From the NCBI GenBank assembly GCA_964247055.1, contig OZ176050.1:12090001-12154000 (forward strand): a stretch of 64,000 nt of DNA, given 5' to 3'. How positions within the stretch are numbered: position 1 is the stretch's first letter; each line of letters opens with the position of its first letter. A program made the position numbers and the translations under genes. This document shows positions 14,388 through 29,500 of the stretch, in pieces. A model generated the notes under the pieces. It searched no databases. It was not told the origin of the DNA and saw only the letters and a list, made by a program, of their open reading frames with translations. The DNA comes from Paragordius varius (Eukaryota; Animalia; Nematomorpha).

Positions 14388-15406
14388 GTTATAATATCCA
14401 TAAATTTAAATTTTTTACGCATAAAAATTCTTTATTTTAGATTATATACAGACACGTAATTGTAATCGATACTGAAGAAATAAATATTTGACCGAGAATA
14501 CCTTATAGATTATATACGATTATCTTTAGAGGTGTTCACATAAAATGAAATTAAAAACAAAGATTCTGCCAGTTAGGCATAAGGTAACGGTTTCACTTAT
14601 AAGAGAAGATAGCAAAAAACGCGCAGACGATTAATTTATTATAGACTCCATTTTGTTCAAATGATATTAAACGACAAGCACTCACAAGTTGAGTCCAAAA
14701 GCTACGTCTTATTTTTATAATTCAAAACTCATGTCGTTGAGCCCGAAAAAGAACATTTGCGACGTGCATTGGGAAAAGGTTTAAAAGATATCGTTTACTA
14801 CAGAAACATATGGTAAACATGTTCTTTCGATTAAGACACGTTAAACATGGTTTTGAAAAATAAAAGGTGTTTCATGTGTCTGGGCGCTCTGGTAGAGAGT
14901 TATTGAATGATATCTCAAACTTAACAACAATTGTCATCAGTTATACATGTACAAAACAATCAATAGATGTCTCATATAGCTTTGGCAAAAATACCCTGTG
15001 TCTGGTGGAGCGATATTGTGTATATAAACTTTTTAAATTCGTTTAAACCGTTAGTATACAACTCTATCGCCAACAAATGATAATATAAACTATGCATTTA
15101 TCGAAAAACGACAAGAATTAGCCAGAAGACATGGCAAGTGATTTTAATACATGCCGATGCTCCGTCTCATACATTAAGGGAAAACTTTGAAATCACTTTG
15201 ATTGGTAATTTTACATCCACTGAACTCTCGTTAATTTCGAAGTTTTCCGTAAAAGGAAATCATATATTTTGGAACAACACTCATATAATTTCTGAGATAT
15301 GGTCGAAATATTTAGAAGCCGATGGACATTCATAAATGGAATAAAATAAATAATTTATTATTACATGTTTTTTTGCAAAAGATTTAAACTTATGATACAT
15401 CTGGTA
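14388..15406 (+). mobile_element. Decayed mariner (Tc1/mariner) element with transposase pseudogene
   Basis: Frameshifted translation gives YRQQM..NYAFIEKRQELARRHG.VILIHADAPSHT (mariner YCQQL...EKRPEL..R.GVILHHDNARPH) and a C-terminus IWSKYLEADGHS* (ERWQKCI..NGEY). Diverged TIR pair at ~14390-14426 and ~15368-15406. Confidence 0.75.
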
Positions 15407-16622
15407 TATATAAAAAACCATATCTAACATAAATAAAATATACTAACGAGAGCTATTATTAGCTATTTCGGTATATTAATTGGCTAAAAGGGTTTTCAAT
15501 TTACATGTCTGTTGACATCATTTTTATTTTATATAATTGCGATTGGGGAGAGAAATTAATTACAGTGGCGCCTATTGGCAATGAATATCATGTTAGCAAT
15601 AATTTTAACTAAAAATAAGATCTAACACCGTATAGACATGTAAATTAAATCCCTTATATCCATTTTAAGTACCGAAGGCCAATGATAGCTCTAGATACTG
15701 TATTTTAAAATGTTATAGATAATTCATCTTTAGTCACAGCTACACTATGCGGATAAAGATAGTACATGAATTAACGTACAATAAAGTTGAATAATTAAAT
15801 GGCATGAATTGGAACATGCATTAACTTTTGTTAGAACAGTTTTTTAACCTAATGGAAAAAAACAAAAACGGTTCAACCCTATTTAGAACCGGAATGCAAA
15901 GTAATACTTATATATATTTACTTTTAATTTATTATATGTTTGCACCTTATTTTATATTTTTAATTGTTTTCCTATTTTAAACATTCAAATTATGAAAATA
16001 GCATTGGGAAATATTTTGATAGGTACCATTTCAACAAATAATAGAACTGACCATGTGAACAGGAATTATATGGTCAAAGACCGTGTTTTTTTCTATAATA
16101 ATTGTGTGGCAACGAATCCAACCATTCTCAGTTCCAAATTAGCCAATAAATATAAATTTTTGGTTTATATTTTGTTTAAGGATCTTTTTTGACATGTATT
16201 GTTGTAGAAAAGTCACATCAAATGATTATTTTGTGATACAGATACAAATAATTTTAAAATACATCTAGATATTTACTAAACTCGAGAGTACTAAATCGTT
16301 TATCAGGAATTTTAACGCATAATCCTCTTTCTCGTTAAAGTACAATTTATTTAGTAATATTTTTTTACAATACATATAGGTGAATTTATCATCTATTTTC
16401 ACGAATGGGTATACGGATTCAAAGCCTATATAACTTAAAACAATCAAATATATTAATTGTAAAATATCCCCAAATAATGTTATAACGAAAATTAAGCTGA
16501 AAAACTGAAAAATAAAGAGTGATATGTGAAACCCTTCGTCAATAGTAATCGCTAATTATTGTTTTGCGCTTGTTAGAACTCTTCAGTAAGACATAAATAT
16601 TTGACTTGTGGTTTCACATGTC

Positions 16623-16624
<2 letters not shown>

Positions 16625-16660
<36 letters not shown>
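16625..16660. repeat. (AT)n microsatellite
   Basis: Uninterrupted TA run ~90 bp upstream of the LRR gene ATG. Confidence 0.95.
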
Positions 16661-16662
<2 letters not shown>

Positions 16663-16751
16663 AACTTTAATCTTTTGCCTTATTGAAATTGGTATGAAAT
16701 TTTATATAATTTTAGTATTAAAATGAATTTACAATAACAATATTAACCAAC

Positions 16752-18200
16752 ATGTGTAATGATTTTGTTTGTTGCGCAATCATAAGCCTTTACATCATTA
16801 TTGGGAATGGAATATGGAATGGTTATATGGGTGGTGGTGTTAAGGGTCAAACCAAATTTACCCCTGTTATGCTGACACGTTATCGTTTGGAGATTGATTG
16901 TTGTCATGCATTTTATCAGACACTTCGAAACAAAAGTTTGACATGCGTTTGCCAAAATTGTTATTGGGATATGTTTGTGGAAGTTTATAAACTTCAGATC
17001 CGTTGTGAATTTATCCCAGATGGCAAAATCTATGGAATAAATGATGTAACCTATTGGCTCAAACCATATCGGGATGCAGATTTGCTTTTTGATTTTGGGA
17101 CACCCTTTATCATTACATCCTTCATGTATAAACCATTCAAATTTGCTACCAAGAAAATTGATACTTTTAATGAGAACATAGCACGTTTTTTTGGTGAAAC
17201 TACACTTCAAACCGGGATGGCCCAAACAATTTTGGTTGAAAATTTTCAAGGTGTCGACTATCCCTACATGGAAAATTTATATGTAAACGCTTGTCGTATC
17301 GTTAAAGTCCCCCGTTACTTTCTCCGCACTTGTATGTTAAAATTTGCTGATTTCAGCAACAATTTTTTAGAATTTCTGGACATTGATTCTTTCTCTAATT
17401 GCCGATTTTTAGAAGTGCTTCTATTGCACGGCAACAAGTTTACCTCAATAAATGATTTACCAGCCATCATGGATACAATAGTTTTGGGCGTTTACATAAC
17501 TTTGTATAACAACCCTTTGAGGTGCGAATGTGATATGGCAGCCCTGCTTTGTCAATTGCCCGAACAGATTGGGTCCCAAAGTAACATAGATTTTCATCCG
17601 GCTCATAGCCAATACTTTTACTATGCTTTTCCGCGTTTCACGCCGTGTGTTAAAAGCACGCCTGAAACTATGCGTTCCCCCTTTGGTAACACAATGTGTG
17701 ATGTACCAGACACATATGTAGCAGTCTGGGAATCTCACTGCGTTACCGCATATGATAAACAGTATCGAACTTTACCGTTTTGGAATTGTACCATGCCCGC
17801 ACACCGATTCTTAACACCGTTGACTGATATAACGTTTGACGATCAAATTGCAAGGAAAATTAAAGCTTTAGGCGCTAATGTAATGAGCCAAGGCTACTCC
17901 TACGCCCTCCAAAATAAAGTTTCGTTCGATCCTGCAACAAATTCATGCAAAGTTTTTCCAATCCCATCTCTACCCAATTATTATAGTGTGGATGCGAGTG
18001 ACATGTTTACCGTGGAAGAATTTATGCTTAGGCGGGCACTGATCGCTAAGAAAGCAGCTATGAGTCTTTTAATCCATCGTAGTCTATACTTGGCCAAGAC
18101 ATGGATAATACTATTTATATTTTTTGTGTCTGGATTTTTTCTACCATTAATTGTGCTATATGTGCTAACAAGAATATATAAAAAAGTGTTTTTGGTATAA
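16752..18200 (+). CDS. Intronless leucine-rich-repeat type I membrane protein (482 aa)
   Basis: Long open ORF with raised GC. Hydrophobic N-terminus; LRR units LKFADFSNNFLEFLDIDSF and LEVLLLHGNKFTSI; LRR C-cap NPLRCECD; TM WIILFIFFVSGFFLPLIVLYVLT; ~9-aa basic tail. Confidence 0.88.
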   Translation: MCNDFVCCAIISLYIIIGNGIWNGYMGGGVKGQTKFTPVMLTRYRLEIDCCHAFYQTLRNKSLTCVCQNCYWDMFVEVYKLQIRCEFIPDGKIYGINDVTYWLKPYRDADLLFDFGTPFIITSFMYKPFKFATKKIDTFNENIARFFGETTLQTGMAQTILVENFQGVDYPYMENLYVNACRIVKVPRYFLRTCMLKFADFSNNFLEFLDIDSFSNCRFLEVLLLHGNKFTSINDLPAIMDTIVLGVYITLYNNPLRCECDMAALLCQLPEQIGSQSNIDFHPAHSQYFYYAFPRFTPCVKSTPETMRSPFGNTMCDVPDTYVAVWESHCVTAYDKQYRTLPFWNCTMPAHRFLTPLTDITFDDQIARKIKALGANVMSQGYSYALQNKVSFDPATNSCKVFPIPSLPNYYSVDASDMFTVEEFMLRRALIAKKAAMSLLIHRSLYLAKTWIILFIFFVSGFFLPLIVLYVLTRIYKKVFLV

Positions 18201-18840
18201 ATATACAATATATAATTTTTTATTGCTTAGGTTAAAATAATAAATGGTCCTAACTTTTACTCAATAGCTTCATATTATGAATTCGTGGATTGCTTCATAA
18301 ACGGTAAGTATATATTTTCCGTGCTATGAATCACCAATATACTTAAAATTATAGCGTATTGACAAAAAAATTTTAACTTGAAATTTTTCAGATAGTTGGC
18401 TTAAGGTGTAAATGAAAAATAGCAAATTGGTACAAGCTAAAGCAAAAAATTTAGTTTTATAATAGTGTCAAGCATCACTGTGATCTTGAAATGAGGAATC
18501 CAATTGATAATTATTTTTCAATATAGAGATGAAACACCATTGAAAATGAAATGAAAAACGCTTAAGCATATTCAATCCTCTACATTTAATTTAACTAATA
18601 ATTATGACATATATATTCAAGTTGGTTATAATCATAGAAGCGTTTGGACCAGCTTCTCTGATAATCTTTCCTTTTATCGCACCTTCTCGTACTACTTGCA
18701 ATGAACCCAGAGGCTAATTCAAAAATAAGTGGACCATGACCTGTGAATTTTAAACGTAGAATGGCTGTCATTTATTTGGTGTTTTAACAAAACAAAGTCA
18801 CTATTTTTTGTGTGATAGGTGTATTTAGCATTTGACATTC

Positions 18841-19369
18841 ATTTTCATCCTTCGTTTCAAATTGGGGTAGCTGACCCCAGTCCTGTTTAAAATTATATAT
18901 TTCAAAAAATATGGAATAAATTCAAACCATGGCAAACGTTTTCAGTTATATAACATTGATGAATAGAAATATAAAAAAATATATTTTAAAATAATTGATA
19001 TTATTTATTTTAAGCTAAAGTCCAAAGGTAAAAATTTAGTCCACATGACATGTGTGCATTAGCTAATATAGAAATAATAAAATAAACCACTTCTCTGTTT
19101 CTATTAATGTTAAATATGAATTAAATAAGTTAGCTTTAAATTTAGGGTTAAAATCAAATAAACTCGATATTTTGCAAAAATATTGTAATGGCGTCGAAGT
19201 ATTTTAATATGAACTTTGTTTATAACCAAATTTTATTTCCATATTTCGGCTTATTTATATAATTTTTATTAATAGAAGATTAAATATAATTGGATCGTTT
19301 CTTTCAATAGTTTCTCAAAAATATCAACTAAAATACAGTCTGGTTTTAGATACCCCAATTCGAATCAAC
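18841..19369 (-). mobile_element. Family B element, diverged copy
   Basis: cttcgtttcaaattggggtag...aaaccatggcaaa...tagataccccaattcgaatc is colinear with the reverse complement of 11416-11996. Confidence 0.8.
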
Positions 19370-19374
19370 ATAGG

Positions 19375-20896
19375 TAGAGGCTTCCAAAAGCTATTTTATG
19401 TGTTCCATTATATTCGCCTTTAAGAAAATAATGCCTAATACAATTATCAAATTTGCACTCGCTTTCCAAAAAAGTTGCTTAAAAATTAAATTAAGAAATA
19501 TCCTTTTTTGCAAAAGAAGCCAATATATAGGATGGGGCTAAATTTATGGCCAATCCAAAAAGTGGCTTATTATCGGCGATTTATAAAGAAAATATAATAA
19601 TAATTCGAATAGAAATATACATTTCCTCAAAAAATACTTTTTTCACATTTCTGAACATACAGATAACTCAGTGACAAAATTAAAATTCGTAAAAATTTAA
19701 CCAATGTGATTCAAAGTTTTACGGATTCTCGAAGGCTTAAACCTATCATTTGTCACTATTAATCTCGTCAAACTTTCTGTCATCTTTTACGAATAATAGT
19801 ATTTCATGTCCTAAAACAAAAAAATCTATTTGATACTTTGCGTAGGCATAGCCATCTCACAGCGTTGTACAAAACTGTGGGATAATTTTCGAATTTACGG
19901 CGTTTGAATTCTCTGCCACGGATGTGGTAAACTATATCACAACCGTTTTAATTATTATTGAATTGAGTGGTATATCATTTACACGGAAAACCAAGTTTTG
20001 CTGATGAAGAAAGCAGTAAAAGGATAAAATATTATACAAATTATATTTGTTTTTCAAAAGGGAATAAATCTTTTGTTTATTCCAATCATAGAGGGACAGT
20101 CATCTGTGCAGATCGAAACCAATTTTTTTCATATGTATACCATTATTATCGAAAAAAGTGCTAATTATTTCGAGAAAATAAATTTCTTTCGTGGTATATT
20201 GGTAAAATTTTTAAATATTCCTCGTTGATTATGTTGTCGTTGCAAAATCTCACCAAAAGGTCACATTGTCTTTCATTATTGTATTTTTTTATAATTATGT
20301 TGTCCTTACATATAGGGCAGGTAAGGTTTTTACTTTAACGACAAAGAATTTTTCTTCCCATTCTTTTTTAAAGAAGCGATTTTCATGTTTTTTGGCATTA
20401 AATGTCATCCTTTAAATTTATGTTTTAATATTATATAAATTTTATCAAAAAAGGAAGATAATTTGAATTATGCTATAAAAAATAGGTCGAAATTTATTGA
20501 TGTTGATTTGAAAAATATTATATGGGATAAGTTATAAAAAATGATGCAGGATAGCAATGAAAAGATTATGTATATGCAAGTTTGGGTGAAAGGATTGCTC
20601 AAATACAAAAAGGCAATTAAAATTTTAAAATTTAAAAAAATAGTATAAACAACGTGTGCCAAAATTTTGAAATCATTTTAATGTAGGGAAATTTTTCTAC
20701 ATTTCAAATTGGGTAAAAAATAAAAATTACCAAAATTAAATCTAGAGAAAATAAATTAATATTAAATTAAGCAAAAATTCGTCATGCGTATTTTAAAAAT
20801 TCATCAATTAAAAAAATAATTTAACTATCAATATGATCGTAGGGCAATTTCGGCCTGCGGTTTGGTACCATTACCTTAAGGATTAGTCTACCCCTA
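19375..20896 (-). mobile_element. Internally deleted hAT (Buster/Charlie/GTF2IRD2-like) transposon remnant
   Basis: Minus-strand broken frames read ENRFFKKEWEE..KP.CPICKDNIIIKKYN (BED finger), LLVRFCNDNIINEEYL, SICTDDCPSMIG (DDE), CFLHQQNL, IVYHIRGREFKRRKF and VRWLCLRKVSNRFF. Terminal motifs tagaggcttccaa (19375) and taggggtagac...ccgcaggccgaaattgccc (~20850-20896). Confidence 0.8.
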
Positions 20897-21029
20897 AGCA
20901 ATTTTAAGGTTTACATATATTACATATCTATCATATTGGGCCAAATTGTAACATATGCATTCTATGGCCTTTAACTCGCATTATTCAAATATTTCTTTTC
21001 AAAAATAAAAAAATGTAAAAAAATCGTCA

Positions 21030-21720
21030 TCCTAAATTATATGCGACAAAAAATTTATAGATATTTGTTAAATCGCTATACTTGGATTTATCAATTAAAT
21101 TTGAATGAGCTATTAAATGTAAGTTTTGAAAATTTCAGCCACTGGATTTAAAAATATCCAAATTTCTGTAGAAAATCAAAGTTTATGTGTTTTTATAAAT
21201 AAAATTTTTTTAAAAATTATATTATAGCGAAAATACATATTTGTATATTTAATAAACGCAAAAATGGTGAGATTATGCTACAAAAAACTAAAAATTTGAT
21301 ATCAACGAGTGAAATTTTGTTAAAGCGCGTTACATACTATTTAGAGTCATAATGGAAACGGTATAAAAACGCTTTGAAATATCATAAAAATTACCAAAAA
21401 AATTTCAGCCCACGAATTTGTTAAATTAAATTTTCGATAGTTCTTCAGCATTAATAAACATATAAAAAGTGTTTTTATAAAATCTTAAAGTGTATTTAAA
21501 CCGCTTCCATCATGACACAAAATAGTATAAAGTGCGCTTCAAAATAATTTTGCTAAAAATAATTTTTTTAAAAATATGCATTACTTTAATATCCAAATTA
21601 TATTGAAATTTTTATCGCGCAACCCCAGCATCTTTGCGCCTATTTAAAGAGTAAAAAAATTTGGGGGTTTCGGAGCTTACATCTAAAAACAATTTTTTGC
21701 GAATATTGTCTTTTTATTTT
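21030..21720. mobile_element. Foldback element family D, diverged copy
   Basis: Internal inverted pair tcataatggaaacggtataaaaacgcttt / aaagtgtatttaaaccgcttccatcatga; colinear with 56250-56760. Confidence 0.65.
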
Positions 21721-21916
21721 ATATGTAGATTACATATTTTACTACTATTTTTGGACTGAATCCTGGAGTCACTAAAATAAATTTATTTTATAAAAACGCA
21801 AGTTTTTATTTTTTGATATGCAGGATTTACCATATATGTGTAAAAAAATTTTAAATCACTCATATAAGTCAAAAGCAAAAGATTTATCATAATCCTGATA
21901 CAATTTTCTCTCAGAA

Positions 21917-21937
21917 TATATATATATATATATATAT
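21917..21937. repeat. (AT)n microsatellite
   Basis: TA run ~85 bp upstream of the ribokinase ATG. Confidence 0.9.
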
Positions 21938-22019
21938 CAGCTTATATTTTGTAGATGCTGTATAATTAGAAATTTATCTGGCCATATGTTTAACATACAT
22001 TCAAATATTTAAATTACCC

Positions 22020-25649
<3,630 letters not shown>

Positions 25650-25665
25650 ATAGTTGCATTATATA

Positions 25666-25850
25666 TACCATTTACAGTTCAAATTCACCCTTGAACGATT
25701 TAAATTTTTCAGTATTATTATTAATTTTAAACAAAATATTATTTTATAAAATTATATAAAAATATAGGTAATTTTTAATCTTAAAAAACACATAATTTAT
25801 TTGAAGGTGAATTTGAATTGTTCGGGAATGAATTAGAATCGTGAATGGTA
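25666..25850. mobile_element. MITE family A, internally deleted copy in the ribokinase 3' UTR region
   Basis: Both ends present (taccatttacagttc / gtgaatggta); begins 16 nt after the TAA. Confidence 0.85.
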
Positions 25851-26533
25851 TATATTGAATAATCATGTGATTTTGCGAACTAATAAATATTTATTTTATT
25901 TAATCCAGATAATGTTGCTCATACTTAAAGCAAAATATTTTTTACGAGTGGAATTAACTAGTATAATACTATGGGGTTATAATTTAGATAAAATCTAAAA
26001 ATGATATTTAGCGTAAATGTCAGATTTCAATGGTCCAATTTGTTTTAAGGTATTAACTTAAAAACTAGTTATATTATCAACGAGATTAAAAAACAAATAT
26101 TTTGCTGCCAATTATGTTTATTTTTTTAAAGATGCTAACTGTTTAACGAATAACTTTTGATCTTTATTATTATCGGATCCATTGTTTGATCGGAGAGGGG
26201 GGGGGGGGCTGGCAACTCAAACCAATTTAATATTTATAAACCCGAATCTAAACAGATACATTAACAAGCGAAATTATAATATATTTTTACAATCATTAAC
26301 CAAAAGGCTATATTTACTTTTGATTTTAGTGGATTTTTTTTGTAAAACATTCGTTTTAACTTTATCTGAATATAGGATGGTAATTAATACTAAAATGAAT
26401 TTATTTCAATTTACATATCAAAAGTGCATTTGTATCTATTTTTTAACAAAATATATTCTATCTGCTATAAAAAAATCACATTTCCAAATCAAACTATTCA
26501 TAGAATTAAATCTTGTGAAATAAATATTGCAAT

Positions 26534-29500
26534 TTAAACCCAAAATTTGTCCGTCACTTGATATCTCAATTGTATTTCGTTTCTCAATCCATTTATTCTG
26601 CAAGGATCTATCACAGAGTTCCCATGATCTTGATTGCTTTGGCCAACAGAGATAGTGGTTCCTGACATTTTGATGGAATTCAACATCAAATCATCACCAT
26701 TAAAATTATTTGGGTATATTAGCGCAGATATATTCTCCATGTGGCTATCCAATTCGGCATTTATGTTACTTGCATTTGATTGAACGGGTGGTGATTTATT
26801 CTCAGTCCCACGAGATTGTACATTATTTTGTGTTTGATAAATATCTCTTATTTTGGGATCATAGATGACATTACCTTCCTTAATCTTTGATTCGGCAGGC
26901 GTATTATTATTTCGTCGACAAACAACATCTATATAGGAGGGGAGCGTTGGTTGAGTACGATTCAAATCGTAAATGCCAAAATTTGCCGATTCATGCTCAT
27001 AAAATTCAAACTTGCCTCTCTCATTGTCCGTTGTTTTAGCCTTTATAAATGTCGGTCGCTTTAGCTGGGACGGTATAATTGTTTTGGGGATACCTGCCAC
27101 TTTTCTTTGGGAATAGCAATCTAATGTTCTGCTATTAATGTTATTATTGTCCTTAGAATCAAATCGTTGTTGTATTACCATCCCGTAATTTGGTTTAACG
27201 TACATTCCTTCATTCATAAGTTTTATTTCATCTAACCGTTTGTTCCCCTGTAAATGGGTGGGAATCGAAGAGTTATGTACGTATTTAGATTTTAGAGGGT
27301 CTGAATAACCCATATTGGGTTTTTGCTGTGCAAAATTTTTATTTTGTTGAATAGCATTTTTCCTGTTTTTTGTTGATAGTGTATAATCATCATCCTGATC
27401 ACATGAGATTACACCCTGTCTTATGTGACATATGGAGGTGGGCGAAGGTAGTCTTTTACCTTGATATGGTCGATAATTACCTTCGTGCCGTTTGCTAGAA
27501 CCGTTGTTATATTTGGCAGAAGACTTTGTTATACGGCTAAATTCAGTTTTATAATGATTTTCCAGCATTTCACACGTTGCACTTTCATTTAGACTTACGA
27601 TAGATTTCGGACTAAGTTTTTCATCTAAGCATAGGGTAGAATTGGTTGGTAAATGAAGCGATTCCTCTAGATTGGATGTTGTTTTGACATTTATCGCTTC
27701 TGATGTCTTATTTGGCAAAACTTTCCAACCATTACGTATGATTGCACCTTTCTTTGAAGCAGTAACCATATTCTTACCGCTATAATGATCAGTCATTTGT
27801 TCGTTTGGCGGAGATTTAGGAACATTACCCGCTGGTATATTATGATTAGTAGGAACATGCACTCCAGCACAATTTGTCGTATTTGCATAAATGTTTGATT
27901 GTTGATGTTGAGAATTGCTTTCCATAAGCAAAGAACTCAAAAGACTCCTCATTTTACCGCTGGTTATGGAATCGCGATTATTGTTGGAAACAATTGAATG
28001 AGCACTTTTTGCCATCATTAAACCTGGTTGCTGTTTTTTGATATGTTCTATCCTAACTTTGTTGGATTTTGAACCGCCCTTGTTCTTTGTAAACTTTCCC
28101 CTTTTATTACCATTATTGTAATAGCAATAGTATGAAGGTTGGTCATCGTTTGATCGGTGGTCTGTAAATTTATTTATCTTATGATTAGTATCTAAATGAT
28201 ACCATTTATTAAACATGAGTATAATTAAGCCAATCAAGGTTAAACTTATGGCCACAAACGATAGGATTATTATAAATAAACGTCGTGGGTTTGAATGTCC
28301 GTTGGTGCCCGTATAACGCTTATACAAAGACTTCTCCAAAAACATTTCATCAATATGATTTGAAATTTTATCATATACATTATTATTATTATCTAAAGTC
28401 TTATTAAGCTGGATGGTATTCGAGATTGCTGTATTGATTTGGGGAGATAGTTTCAAAACTTGAGTAATTTGAGTAGATGTGGTACCCATTTTTGGGGAAG
28501 TTTTATTTTTTATTTGTAATGCATTGGCCGGAATCAAATGGGTAGAAAATCTTTAAGTATAAAATATATCAAATACAAAGTATTAAAATGCAATATTCAC
28601 AATTTTTTGAATAAAACTCATGAGGAAGCATTTAAAATGTGTTTTAGTAATTAAGGAAATTAATTTGCCTTTTTAAATCTAAATACAAATGCATTTTTTA
28701 TGGTGAAAATTTAAAAATTAATCTAATTTTTATTATTTTTGAGGTTTAAAATTATACGGACAAAACTTGAAAATTTAAAGACATTTTTTTTTCAAATAGA
28801 CAACTATACTTTTTTAATCTTGATTTTTTTAAATATAACTAACTCATCGTTTTAAACTACAAAATATAACATATAAATGTCAATTAATAACACAATTAAT
28901 TATGTATTTTACTATTGTAATTAAATCTTTATAATAGAATAAATTAAGGTTTAAAAAAATTTATCTTTTAGAAAAAATTTTCTTTATATTTTTACATTGT
29001 GCCCGTATAATTTCTTTTTACTGTATATTTTTTAAGGTTTGAAATTTATAATTTCAACACATATACTTAATTAATACCAATAAATTTAATTTTATACCAT
29101 TATTTAATGTTCATAACGCTTATTTTATTTTAAAAGGACAAATTTAATAAAAGTTAGATTTTCTAACGCGAATTATTTTGCTCTATCAAAAATAAAGGCC
29201 CCTTTTCTAATTATTATAGACCCTAATTGAAACATGAAATGAATATTATGAATTTCAAAAACTCTAATCGTAAAATTTATTCATTATACAATCTACAATT
29301 CGAATTGACCCTTGAACGATTCATATTAACTCTCGAAAATTTCAAATTCACCCTAAAATAAATTATGTGTTTTATGATTAAAGATCAACTATATATTTTT
29401 AAATGAAATCTATTTATAAAATTAAAATAATACTGAAAAAATAATAAACTATGCCATAAAGATATATTTTATATTAATGATGAGTTATATTAGCCCAAAA

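Noticed and set aside
16265-16345. Plus-frame peptide ...LSGILTHNPL suggesting a decayed LRR paralogue
   Set aside because: A single short look-alike with no other LRR units.
16743-18208. Three minus-strand ORFs (168, 93 and 75 aa)
   Set aside because: Antisense shadows of the LRR gene with no motifs.
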